42,126 nucleotides of DNA from Polyangia bacterium. GTDB taxonomy: Bacteria > Myxococcota_A > Polyangia > JAAYKL01. Each line of letters opens with the position of its first letter. Positions within the stretch are counted from its first letter, which is position 1. Below the pieces are notes generated by a model that saw only the letters and a program-made list of their open reading frames with translations, searched no databases and had not been told where the DNA came from. A program made the position numbers and the translations under genes. Of this stretch, positions 26,798 to 36,255 are shown piece by piece. The stretch spans positions 1 through 42,126 of the forward strand of contig JBNKCR010000088.1 in NCBI GenBank assembly GCA_050287845.1, in the 5' to 3' direction.

Positions 26798-28294
26798 ATG
26801 AAAGTAATATTGGCAGGATACAACATCGATACCCAGGTCATCGAAGAAGCGGAAGCCGCCGGAATATCAAGAGATAAGCTGACACCGGAAGTGCTTTCCG
26901 CCGCCTACGCGCGCATCAGTCGAAATCCTGCACCGGTCAACGAATTGCGCACAGCGGCACTGAACGAGGTGTCCCGGGCACGAAAATCCAACCGCAAAAT
27001 CATCTTCGGCATGGGGCACCATTCGGTGGCGGAGCATGCGGTTTTCAACTTTGACATTATCGGACTCTCGCGGCTGGCCATTGAAGAACTGGAACACTTC
27101 CGACTGTGCTCGTTCACCGAAAAAAGTCAGCGGTATATCACCCTCGAAAACGACTTTGTCATGCCCGAGGAGCTGAGGTCCACCCCTTTTTCGTCCAGAC
27201 TGGAAGCGCTCATCGCCCGCCAGGCCACCGTGTATCATCAGCTTCACGAAGCACTGTTTGCACGTCTGAAAACGCAGCACCCGGACCTGATCCTGAAAAA
27301 ATCCGGCCACAACCTGGTTGACGGCTGGGCCAAGGAAGACGCGCGATACGCCACCCTGCTCTGCACGGCCGGCCAACTGGGTTTTACCGCCAACGCCAGA
27401 AATCTGGAGCTCATCATTAAAAGGCTGAGCGGCTCGAAGCTTGGAGAGTTGCGCACGCTGGCCCGGCATTTTTACGAATCCGGAACCGGCGTAGCCCCTT
27501 CCATTCTGTTGTTCACCGAACCCAGCCTGTACGAGCTGGAGACCATGAGCGCTGTGCGGAAAATCGCTGACACCGTGCTGGTATCCGCGAAAAATGGCCC
27601 GTTACCGAAGGACGTGACCCTGGTCAATTGCACCGCAAATGGCGATCGCATCACCGCAGCGGCACTTCTCTGCGCCGTTTCGGACCGGAGCTTTGAAGAA
27701 TGCAGAAGCGCGGCGCTTTCAATGGGCGATGACGCACTGCGAAATCTCTTTGAGACCGTATATGCCAGAATGGAATTTTTCGATACCCCCCCAAGGGAAT
27801 TTGAGCATGTTCAACTTACGTTTGACATTTCCATTTCCGCCGCCGCCTTCGGACAACTCAAACGTCACCGGATGATGAGTCAGTCCCCCGGACCGTATTC
27901 GCCGACACTCGGTCTCACTGTTCCGCCTGCCATCGTCGATTGCGGTCAGCAGGAGTTGTTTGTCGCCCATGCAGAAGCCGCCGAATCGCTGTTTACCGAA
28001 ATAGAAAGCGAATTACCCCATGTGGCCCCGTATGTTCTCACCAACGCCCATCGGCGCCGGGTGCTGCTGACCACCAACCTGCGGGATCTGTATCATTTCT
28101 GCCGACTGCGGGAAGATGAGCATGCCCAATGGGATATCCGGGTACTGGCTTCTCTGATGCGAAAGGAAGCAGAAAAAGTGATGCCCCTTGGCGCGCTGCT
28201 CCTTTGCGGCAAGGATGAATTCGTCGATAGATTTCAATCTGTATTTCACAGGAAGCCACACCTTGACCCAGCGAATCCGCCCAAGAACAAGTAG
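26798..28294 (+). CDS. thyX: FAD-dependent thymidylate synthase, tandem two-domain form
   Basis: YARISR, GHHSVAEH, SFTEKSQRY, EDARY, NARNL; second domain QLKRHR, NLRDLYHF..LR..HAQWDIR. Confidence 0.92.
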   Translation: MKVILAGYNIDTQVIEEAEAAGISRDKLTPEVLSAAYARISRNPAPVNELRTAALNEVSRARKSNRKIIFGMGHHSVAEHAVFNFDIIGLSRLAIEELEHFRLCSFTEKSQRYITLENDFVMPEELRSTPFSSRLEALIARQATVYHQLHEALFARLKTQHPDLILKKSGHNLVDGWAKEDARYATLLCTAGQLGFTANARNLELIIKRLSGSKLGELRTLARHFYESGTGVAPSILLFTEPSLYELETMSAVRKIADTVLVSAKNGPLPKDVTLVNCTANGDRITAAALLCAVSDRSFEECRSAALSMGDDALRNLFETVYARMEFFDTPPREFEHVQLTFDISISAAAFGQLKRHRMMSQSPGPYSPTLGLTVPPAIVDCGQQELFVAHAEAAESLFTEIESELPHVAPYVLTNAHRRRVLLTTNLRDLYHFCRLREDEHAQWDIRVLASLMRKEAEKVMPLGALLLCGKDEFVDRFQSVFHRKPHLDPANPPKNK

Positions 28295-28337
28295 TCCCGG
28301 AAATTCCAAAGAAAACAACCTTACCTTCTTTTCAAAA

Positions 28338-28616
28338 GATGCGCAGGTAATCCTCAGGCTGCTGGAATCGACGGCGAAAAACATCGGGCTTCAACTCCGG
28401 TACGAACCTATTTTTGAGAACGGTACGCCCTGGGAGAGTGATGGCGGTCTCTGTCGCATCCTGGATGAACGTCTGATAATCATCAACTCGACGGCGCCGA
28501 CGGAACAGAAATGTCACGTCATTCTCCAGGCGCTTCAGCGACTGTCTGCAGAAGGCTCGAATATTCCACCAGTTGTGCGCCAGATGCTCGAAAATTTACC
28601 CACATCCGCAGCGTGA
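28338..28616 (+). CDS. Small conserved-looking hypothetical protein, start codon defective or unclear
   Basis: LE..A..IG..LRYE...GGLCR...IIIN...EQK...L...L..IPPVVR.ML pattern; no in-frame ATG/GTG/TTG between the thyX stop and the domain. Confidence 0.55.
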   Translation, partial: DAQVILRLLESTAKNIGLQLRYEPIFENGTPWESDGGLCRILDERLIIINSTAPTEQKCHVILQALQRLSAEGSNIPPVVRQMLENLPTSAA

Positions 28617-28762
28617 ACTTTATCTCCTGGCACCCCTCATTATTTTTCCATAATTCAATGTCGTACATTGTTCATAACTGGAATTATACTAAATTAACCT
28701 GTACAAGCGCACCTGCTTCACGTATTTTACAGGGTAACAGTTTGTAATTTCAGGAGAAACAC

Positions 28763-29182
28763 ATGGGTGAAAACCGCCTGTTCTGGCCTCAGGAAATGAT
28801 GGACGAATGGATAATCAACGAAAAGGCGTCCATTGATGACAATCTGCTTACCATCATTGACGAAAATATGAAGTATCGACTCAGTCAGGCGGTGCATTTT
28901 ATCGCCGATGTGAGTGATGGCGCCGATCATCACTCGCTGCTCGGAAAAGTGAAAGAACTGAGTACCCTGACCGAAATGGGATGCGAACATTACATGGATT
29001 CGGTGCTGATTGAAGACTCCGCATACCAGGTGGTCCAGGGGTTTACCGGAGTCCCTGTTCTGGACCTCCTGCAACAGACCAGTTCGCAGACTGGTCCGGT
29101 AGCCAGAAGCAACACTGATTTAACCGGGGAGGATTCCGACGACCGGGATTTACTCGCCCGCTTTCTTCTGGACAATCTGTAA
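28763..29182 (+). CDS. Conserved hypothetical protein
   Basis: AGGAG RBS; 139 aa (RLFWPQE.MDEW...AVHF..VSDG.D.H.LLGKVK...DSV....AY.V..GF...LLARFLL); directly upstream of the kinase. Confidence 0.85.
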   Translation: MGENRLFWPQEMMDEWIINEKASIDDNLLTIIDENMKYRLSQAVHFIADVSDGADHHSLLGKVKELSTLTEMGCEHYMDSVLIEDSAYQVVQGFTGVPVLDLLQQTSSQTGPVARSNTDLTGEDSDDRDLLARFLLDNL

Positions 29183-29226
29183 CAGGACTGAGATGAAACC
29201 CCTCTGTCAATAGTGAAAGGCGCTTT

Positions 29227-30945
29227 ATGAAAGATCGATTACTTGGACGTGTGATTGCAGATCGTTATCGACTCGAATCCAGATTGGGAGTCGGTGGCAT
29301 GGGTGCGGTGTATCGTGCCCGACATTTGCTCATTGACAGGGTGGTGGCCATTAAAATCCTGCAGCCTGAACGCAGAGGCGAAGAACACTTCCGCGCGTGG
29401 TTCCTCAGAGAGGCCCGCGCAGCCAACCGCATCAACCATGCCAACATCGTCGATATATCCGATTTCGGCGAAACCGAAGACGGGCTGGCGTACCTTGTCA
29501 TGGAACTGCTGGTTGGAGATGCCCTCTCCAATCTGATTGCCCGCGGCCCTATGGCCCTTGACGAAACCCTTGATATTATGGAGCAGGCCAGCGCTGCGCT
29601 GGCGCGCGCCCATGACCTCGGCGTCGTTCATCGGGATATCAAGCCGGACAATATTCATCTGATCAATCGAGCAGGCCGCAAGAACTTTGTGAAAGTGATT
29701 GACTTTGGCCTCGCGAGATTGAGTCAGGACGGCCGGCTTGCCGCCAAGGGTGCAGTGTTCGGCACACCGGAATATATGTCGCCGGAACAGGCACGAGGCG
29801 AAGATGCCACGCCGCTCTCCGATCTCTATGCCCTTGGGGTGATCATGTTTGAGATGCTCACCGGAAGGTTGCCGTTTCAGGCGAGAGACAGAGATTCATT
29901 CATCGAGGCGCACAAACATGCCAAACCACTGGTGGCCATCGAGGTCAATCCGAAGATCGACCAGACCGCATCGGATACAATCGCGATGCTCCTCGAAAAA
30001 GATCCCAATCGCCGGTTCCGCGATACCCACCACTTTGTGGAAAAACTGAAAACCATGCAGCGGCGGGTAGCCACCGTGAGCGCGCCCTGGCTCATTACCC
30101 AGCAGCACAGTGATCCCCGTCGGGAAAAAGACAATTCCGGTCTGATCAGCACGCTGGGAGGCATGTCCGGCGGAATCAGCGATGTGGCCGCATGGGCCCT
30201 GAAAGCCACCGTATTCGGTCGCATGGTTGCCACCTCCTATCCGGGCGGCGCAGGTCCCTCTCAGGTGATGAAAGCCATCGAAAGCATCTGGCGTCTGGCC
30301 GCGGCATCCACCCGACTGGACGGTGAACTTCAGGCCGAAGCCAAACGCAACGAACGACTCCTCAGTCGCAGCCGCGATTTTACCGGGCAGGTGGGTCGCC
30401 GAATTGAAGATTTATCCCGGGCAAAATCCAAGTTGAAACGAGAAATCGCCGCCGCATCCGTGGATTTGGAACGGTTGCGGGCCGAATACGCCAGAGCGGA
30501 CACAGAATTGAAATCCGCCCGGAATATTATCACGTCGATTGACAAGGGCAGAGACGAAATGAGTACCCATTTGCGCGATGCCTACGAAAAAGCCGGTGCC
30601 ATGGCCGCGAAACGTCAGGCCCGTTCGGAAGCGGTGGCAAAGGTGGAAGCCAAAATCGCCAAGTGGAAAGAGGAAGCCGCGCGCATTGATGCGCAGCTGG
30701 AAGAGTACCATCAGCAGATGGATCGCCATTCCTCCGCCATTGACGACGACCTGGATGCTGGAAGACGACGTCTGGCGGCCAAGGTGAAAGAAAGAGAGAC
30801 ATATTCCCACAAACTCGGCGAATCTGCCGATTTTCTCCGGACCCATTTTTATGGGAAGCCGGAGTGCGAAGAGTTGTTCATTGAGCTCGAAGAGCTGGAT
30901 CGCAACAGTGTCCTTCTGGAACCCTCTCCATCCACCGTCGCCTGA
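29227..30945 (+). CDS. Hanks-type Ser/Thr protein kinase with C-terminal coiled coil
   Basis: LGVGGMGAVY, VAIK, HRDIKPDN, DFG, GTPEYMSPEQ, DLYALG; heptad-rich C-terminus, no transmembrane helix. Confidence 0.95.
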   Translation: MKDRLLGRVIADRYRLESRLGVGGMGAVYRARHLLIDRVVAIKILQPERRGEEHFRAWFLREARAANRINHANIVDISDFGETEDGLAYLVMELLVGDALSNLIARGPMALDETLDIMEQASAALARAHDLGVVHRDIKPDNIHLINRAGRKNFVKVIDFGLARLSQDGRLAAKGAVFGTPEYMSPEQARGEDATPLSDLYALGVIMFEMLTGRLPFQARDRDSFIEAHKHAKPLVAIEVNPKIDQTASDTIAMLLEKDPNRRFRDTHHFVEKLKTMQRRVATVSAPWLITQQHSDPRREKDNSGLISTLGGMSGGISDVAAWALKATVFGRMVATSYPGGAGPSQVMKAIESIWRLAAASTRLDGELQAEAKRNERLLSRSRDFTGQVGRRIEDLSRAKSKLKREIAAASVDLERLRAEYARADTELKSARNIITSIDKGRDEMSTHLRDAYEKAGAMAAKRQARSEAVAKVEAKIAKWKEEAARIDAQLEEYHQQMDRHSSAIDDDLDAGRRRLAAKVKERETYSHKLGESADFLRTHFYGKPECEELFIELEELDRNSVLLEPSPSTVA

Positions 30946-30950
30946 TGGCG

Positions 30951-31310
30951 TCAGCGCATCATCGGCCGTATTGATACATAAATATCATCGTCTCTGACTC
31001 GGATGGCATGCTGTCGCAAATCCGGAGAATACTCCGTAATTGCCTTCCCGGTGCGGATATTGTACTTCCAGAAATGCCTCGGACAGGTCACCACATCATT
31101 TGCCACCTTCCCCTCTGCCAGATTTGCCCCCTGGTGTTTGCAGGACATTTCCAACGCATAGGGCTTCCCGTCTGCGTCCAGAAACACCGATACCCACTTC
31201 CCGATAATCTTGCGATTCAGTGATTTGGCCTGTTTCAACCCGGACAATGTCCCAAATTTGATAAAATCACCGCTGTCCACATCCCCGAAACCATCGTAAT
31301 CATCGTACAT
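30951..31310 (-). CDS. Rieske [2Fe-2S] ferredoxin
   Basis: CKH...CPRH ligands, W.YNIRTG; AAGGGGAG upstream of ATG 31310. Confidence 0.88.
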   Translation of the reverse strand: MYDDYDGFGDVDSGDFIKFGTLSGLKQAKSLNRKIIGKWVSVFLDADGKPYALEMSCKHQGANLAEGKVANDVVTCPRHFWKYNIRTGKAITEYSPDLRQHAIRVRDDDIYVSIRPMMR

Positions 31311-31500
31311 GCAAATATTTCTCCCCTTCCAATAGAAAGAACAGATTATCATTTCCCATCGTTGATAGTGTCCAACGGGGTTGCGGTCAATCCAATTGAC
31401 CCATTTTTCCTGCCTCATGACACATATATTGAAGCAACGGCGCAAAACGTTTTCATTTTATATTTTTGAAAAATCGAGATATTTTCGAACAAGGAGCAAC

Positions 31501-32841
31501 ATGAATTATTTAAAGTCTTATCTATTATTCAGTTTTTTCACATTCAGCTTTTTCACACTGCTGCCCGCATGCGGAAGTGAATCCACATCCGATACTTCAA
31601 ACACATCGGATACAGACGCCGACTCGGACACCGACACGGACTCTGATTCGGATTCTGACTCCGACACTGATTCGGATTCTGACTCCGATTCCGATAGCGA
31701 CTCTGATTCCGATACGGATTCTGACACCGATTCCGATTCCGACTCCGATTCTGATTCGGATTCAGACCTCAGCGCCGCGAAAATCATTGCTGAAATGGAG
31801 CCAGGATGGAATCTTGGCAACAGTTTCGACGCTGATCCGGATGAAACCGGCTGGGGAAATCCCTCGGTCACTCAGGAATTCATGAACACCGTGGCCGACG
31901 CCGGATTCAAAAGCGTCCGCATCCCGGTCACCTGGGCTCCCCACCTGGGGGGCGCGCCGGATTACACCATTGAGGGCGGTTGGCTGACCAAAGTGGAAAA
32001 CGCGGTGAAATACGCCCACAACGCCGGGCTCTACGCCATCATCAATATTCACCACGATGGCGCCTACGATACCAATGGCTGGGAACTTCCCTGGTTACTG
32101 CTGGACCGAGATTACAATCAGGTGAAAACCCAGTTCAATGCCATCTGGAAACAGGTCGCCGACCATTTTAAGGATTTTGACCAGCGGCTGCTGTTTGAAT
32201 CCATGAATGAGGTTCACATCGCATGGCCCGCCTGCAACAGCATTCCTCAGGAGCACTACGATTTCATCAACAATCTCAACCAGGAATTTGTGAATATTGT
32301 CCGCGACGCCGGAGGTAAAAACGACAAACGCGTCCTGATCGTCCCCGGATACAACACCAACATCGAATGCACAGTCTACGGATTCAAGAAACCCGACGAT
32401 TCGGCCAGCGACAAGTTGGTGCTTTCAGTGCATTTTTACGATCCGTACACCTTCACGCTCACTGCGGACACCCATACATGGGGGACAGGATACCAGGATA
32501 TCGATGACTATGGCCAGGAAGACAGTGTTGATTCTCAGTTTAACAGTCTTAAAACCAATTTCATCGACAAAGGTTTCCCGGTGATGATTGGCGAATGGGG
32601 CGCCACCAATCAGTCCGGATATGAGGCGTACCGTCGCTACTACACCGAATACGTGGCCAAGGCCGCCCACGATCGGGGCATCCTCACCGTCATCTGGGAT
32701 AACGGGGGAACAAACAGCGGCGGAGAAAACTCAGGCCTTTTCAACCGCTCCGCCAACAGCGTGGCCTTCCCCGACATCATCGAGGCAATCACCCGCGCAG
32801 TCACCAGCAACTACAATATCGGTGATATTGAAAAACCCTGA
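31501..32841 (+). CDS. GH5 endoglucanase/xyloglucanase-type lipoprotein (GH5_4-like)
   Basis: Lipobox [32 protein letters not shown], acid/base FESMNE, HFY, nucleophile IGEWG, WDN; AAGGAG RBS. Confidence 0.94.
   Translation: MNYLKSYLLFSFFTFSFFTLLPACGSESTSDTSNTSDTDADSDTDTDSDSDSDSDTDSDSDSDSDSDSDSDTDSDTDSDSDSDSDSDSDLSAAKIIAEMEPGWNLGNSFDADPDETGWGNPSVTQEFMNTVADAGFKSVRIPVTWAPHLGGAPDYTIEGGWLTKVENAVKYAHNAGLYAIINIHHDGAYDTNGWELPWLLLDRDYNQVKTQFNAIWKQVADHFKDFDQRLLFESMNEVHIAWPACNSIPQEHYDFINNLNQEFVNIVRDAGGKNDKRVLIVPGYNTNIECTVYGFKKPDDSASDKLVLSVHFYDPYTFTLTADTHTWGTGYQDIDDYGQEDSVDSQFNSLKTNFIDKGFPVMIGEWGATNQSGYEAYRRYYTEYVAKAAHDRGILTVIWDNGGTNSGGENSGLFNRSANSVAFPDIIEAITRAVTSNYNIGDIEKP
31609..31767 (+). repeat. 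Coding Asp-Ser/Asp-Thr hexamer tract
   Basis: GATTCC/GACTCC/GATTCG units encoding (DS/DT)n. Confidence 0.95.
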
Positions 32842-33050
32842 TGAATAAACCGACGCAGAACTGCTGAAGCGCACGTCAGCGACGTGACTGTATCTCCAAC
32901 CACCAGTTCAACAGCTCACCCAACCGACACATCCAGCCCATTGACCAGTTGAAGTGCTCATCAGGGGAAAAAATACATTTTTTTTGAACAACAGATTCCC
33001 AAAAAAACGGCTTGATACGTTAACCATGCATAAGGGAGCGGGAGGAAGGG

Positions 33051-33226
33051 TCGTCCAACTGCGAATTTGCCTGAGTGACAGCTGTGCAGCGCCAAGTATG
33101 CCCTCACTTATGCGGCTGACAGCTGTCGGCAACGGTGAATCGTAGCAGTTGGATGAATGACAGCGAGTCGCTCATCTCCGGTTGGTGGTTGTGCACAATG
33201 CGCCGACCGGGGATGAGCAGCGCGTT
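33051..33226 (+). ncRNA. Candidate structured non-coding RNA (two long hairpins), family unknown
   Basis: 33051-62 pairs with 33145-56, with inner helices; 33170-87 pairs with 33201-18. Non-Watson-Crick pairs in the main stems are G-U on the + strand. Confidence 0.4.
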
Positions 33227-33245
33227 TGCCGGGGGCAGAGGCGGT

Positions 33246-34235
33246 TCAGCAGTAGAAGTCGTCAATCCGCGCTATCTGTTCGCGCATGTCGTTGATTTCA
33301 TTTTGCCAGTACTGCAGTGTGCCGAAGTAACTGAACATCCGCTGAAACGTGGGGTCCTGGAACCGGCGGGCGATCCATGTGGAATAGTGGACGAACCGCA
33401 ACGCGCGCAGGGGCTCAATCAGGCGGAGCTGAGTGGCATCGAAATCGCGGATTTCCTGATATGCGGCCAGCAACACCTTGCGTTGCTCCAGCCCGAGTGC
33501 ATCGATACTCGGCACCAGCATCCAGATGTCCTGAACAACCGGTCCCATCACCATGTCATCAAAATCCAGGAACGTAATTCCCTGACGGGTTTCAATCAGA
33601 TTGCCGAAGTGGCAGTCGCCATGAATGCGCTGCAGGGCAACTCCTTCGAACATGGGTTCAATTCTCTCCAGCAACCCGCGGACCACCAACTCGTACAACC
33701 TGGCCGCCTCTTCCGGAATATGATTGTTTTCCAGCAAATATTCCAGGTTCTGCCGTCCGTAGGTGGCCGGCGTCAGCGAGATACGATGCATGGCTCTGGA
33801 CCGCGCGCCCACATTGTGAATCCGGGCAATCAGGTGTCCCACTATTTTCAACATCTCTGCGTCCATCTCCTGGGGAGACCGCCCCAGCACTCTGGGAAAT
33901 AGCGAGAATCGAATGCCGTTGATCTCATCAATGGTTGATCCATTCCGGAGTGTCAGCGGTACCACAGTGGGAATTTCCTCGTCGGCCAGCTCTTTGAGAA
34001 ACTGGTGTTCCTCCAGAATGGTTTCATTGGACCATCGGCCGGGGCGATAATATTTGCCCACCAGAGAGTCGCCATTCTCCAGTTCAATCCGATAGACCCG
34101 ATTCTCATAGCTGTTCAGAATCGCCACCCGTCCCGTTGGTTCATGTCCGGCGGATTCCACCGAATGAATCACCTTTTCAGGCGTGAGTTCATTGAATACC
34201 TGAGCCAATTCATGCGTTTTGATTTGATCTTTCAT
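33246..34235 (-). CDS. srkA: Stress response kinase SrkA/RdoA
   Basis: LNSYENRVY, KYYRPGRWS, EEHQFL.EL, RIHGDCHFGN, DFDD, QDIWM, IEPLRALR, DPTF. Confidence 0.95.
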   Translation of the reverse strand: MKDQIKTHELAQVFNELTPEKVIHSVESAGHEPTGRVAILNSYENRVYRIELENGDSLVGKYYRPGRWSNETILEEHQFLKELADEEIPTVVPLTLRNGSTIDEINGIRFSLFPRVLGRSPQEMDAEMLKIVGHLIARIHNVGARSRAMHRISLTPATYGRQNLEYLLENNHIPEEAARLYELVVRGLLERIEPMFEGVALQRIHGDCHFGNLIETRQGITFLDFDDMVMGPVVQDIWMLVPSIDALGLEQRKVLLAAYQEIRDFDATQLRLIEPLRALRFVHYSTWIARRFQDPTFQRMFSYFGTLQYWQNEINDMREQIARIDDFYC

Positions 34236-34242
34236 GCCCGGC

Positions 34243-34271
34243 AACCTAAGACCAGGAACCAGAATCGTCAA
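34243..34271 (-). promoter_or_regulatory. sigma70 promoter immediately upstream of srkA
   Basis: Minus strand TTGACG-N17-TAGGTT-N7-ATG; no Shine-Dalgarno. Confidence 0.55.
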
Positions 34272-34397
34272 CAGGAAAGGAAGAAATGGACGAATGCCCT
34301 TTCGTTTCGTAATCCCGTTGACGAAATTGGCTGCGAATAGTAAGAAAGCCGCACGCTTCGGGGAATTCCCGTCGTCATCATGACTGAGGAGAATCAA

Positions 34398-34964
34398 ATG
34401 CAATTAGATATGAGTGAATTGAGAAAAGGGTCTAAAATCGTGATGGACGGCGACCCGTGCGTCATCACCGAATACCAGTTTGTAAAGCCCGGCAAAGGAA
34501 CCGCCCTTTACAAGTGCAAAATCAAAAACATGGTTACCGGCGCCCAGTGGGCAAAAACCTGGCGCAGTGGCGATAAAGTGGAAAAAGCCGACCTGGAAGA
34601 GCGAAAAATGCAGTATCTGTACAATGATGGGGACGGCTTTCACTTCATGAACAACGAAACCTACGATCAGGTGGCACTGTCTGCGGAACAGGTGGATGAC
34701 GCGGTGAATTTCATGTACGAAAACATCAATGTGGACATGCTGTTTTTCAATGGCAATCCCATTGGACTGACACTTCCCAATTTCGTGGAGCTGCAGATTG
34801 TCAGTTCTGAGCCCGGCGCCAAGGGGGACACCGCCACCAAAACCACTCGCCCGGCGGAACTTTCCACGGGCTATGTGGTGCAGATTCCCCTTTTCGTGGA
34901 AGAAGGCGAATGGATTAAAGTGGACACCCGTACCGGCGAATATTCAGAGCGGGTGAAGAAGTAA
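34398..34964 (+). CDS. efp: Translation elongation factor P
   Basis: KPGKG, MQYLY, TYDQ, PGAKGDTA, VDTRTGEY..R; GAGGAG RBS. Confidence 0.98.
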   Translation: MQLDMSELRKGSKIVMDGDPCVITEYQFVKPGKGTALYKCKIKNMVTGAQWAKTWRSGDKVEKADLEERKMQYLYNDGDGFHFMNNETYDQVALSAEQVDDAVNFMYENINVDMLFFNGNPIGLTLPNFVELQIVSSEPGAKGDTATKTTRPAELSTGYVVQIPLFVEEGEWIKVDTRTGEYSERVKK

Positions 34965-35071
34965 CCCGGCGCCTATCTCACTTTTCACGCTCATTGCCAT
35001 TTTTCTACCCCTTATCAAAAAAACAGATTACATATCAGTTGTTCAACGGAAAACGGAAGGAAACCTACGGA

Positions 35072-36169
35072 ATGTATCTGGTTTGTTTTTTCATTGTACT
35101 GTCACAGCTGGTTATCGCCATACCATCAGCCGCTCAGACAATTCGCTTCTCAGCAGTGGGAGATGTTTTCTTTGGTCGAGCCGGCAAAGAATACGGCACC
35201 GAAGACCCGTTCCGGTATGTCGAGCATGAGTTTCAGAATCGGGATATTGTGCTCGGCAATCTGGAGACCCCCATCAGTGCCACCCGAAGACGCATCCTCA
35301 CCGAACCCTGCTCCCTGAGAAAGGGGACCTGTACAAATGCGGCCCAACATCGGTATCGGCGGCTCTATTTTCTGACATTCCAGGGCCGGGTTTCGGCGGC
35401 CCGACTGCTGCGAACCGGCGGATTCACGGTGCTTGCCACGGCCAACAATCACGCCGAAGATCAGGGGGGGGAAGGGATTGTGGAAACACTCATGCATCTG
35501 AAACAGCAATCCCTGGGGTCGGTAGGGTCCGGCCAGAACCGGGAAGAAGCCTGGGCGCCTTACCTCTTTAAAAAGAAAGGCGCTTCGGTTGCCATCATCG
35601 CCGCCACGACCATTCTCAATTTCACCCCCACAGAAAAAACGGGATTTGTGGCCCATGGCACCCTGAAAAGTCTGGCCGAAGAACTGCCCACCCGAATTGC
35701 TGAACTGAAAAAGAAAGTGGATTTCGTTGTGGTGACGTTACACTACGGTGCAGAATCCAACCGGCATCCGGATCCCCTTGAACGCCAACTGATGAGATCA
35801 CTGGCTGCCGCCGGCGCAGATCTGTTCATCGGTACGCATCCGCACGTTCTCAGGGGAATTGAACTGATTGACAACATGGTGGTGTTCTGGTCCCTTGGAA
35901 ACTTCCTATTTGATTCCCCCAGGCCGGACTGGTGTGAAAGCGGCATCGTTCATGTGGATTTTGTCAAAGACGCTACCGGTACTTCAATGAAGAACATCCG
36001 ACTGATTCCCATTACGCTCACCGGAGAGCCCAGGCGACTGCCCCACCCCGCTGCGGCCAACAGGGCACAAAAAATTATTTCAGACATCAGAGATCATTCC
36101 AGACGGTTTCGCAACCCACCGGACAGGATTGAATTCAAGAAAAAATCCATTGAGGTACACCTGCCGTAA
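35072..36169 (+). CDS. CapA-family (PGA_cap) metallophosphoesterase, exported
   Basis: AVGD, GNLET, ANNH..D, HYG.E, GTHPHV, SLGNFLF; N-terminal signal peptide. Confidence 0.9.
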   Translation: MYLVCFFIVLSQLVIAIPSAAQTIRFSAVGDVFFGRAGKEYGTEDPFRYVEHEFQNRDIVLGNLETPISATRRRILTEPCSLRKGTCTNAAQHRYRRLYFLTFQGRVSAARLLRTGGFTVLATANNHAEDQGGEGIVETLMHLKQQSLGSVGSGQNREEAWAPYLFKKKGASVAIIAATTILNFTPTEKTGFVAHGTLKSLAEELPTRIAELKKKVDFVVVTLHYGAESNRHPDPLERQLMRSLAAAGADLFIGTHPHVLRGIELIDNMVVFWSLGNFLFDSPRPDWCESGIVHVDFVKDATGTSMKNIRLIPITLTGEPRRLPHPAAANRAQKIISDIRDHSRRFRNPPDRIEFKKKSIEVHLP

Positions 36170-36255
36170 CCGCGTGCGCAACCGATGTTTCGCATCGACC
36201 GTTTTCGCAATCAGGTGGCTAAAAAGAAATTGGGCACTGGCAAAGGATTCAGCGT

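Noticed and set aside
33051..33226. Retron msr-msd, DGR or group II intron interpretation of the hairpins
   Set aside because: No reverse transcriptase, template/variable repeat pair or domain V motif in the window.
35072..36169. Poly-gamma-glutamate capsule locus
   Set aside because: CapA-like gene alone, without capB or capC.
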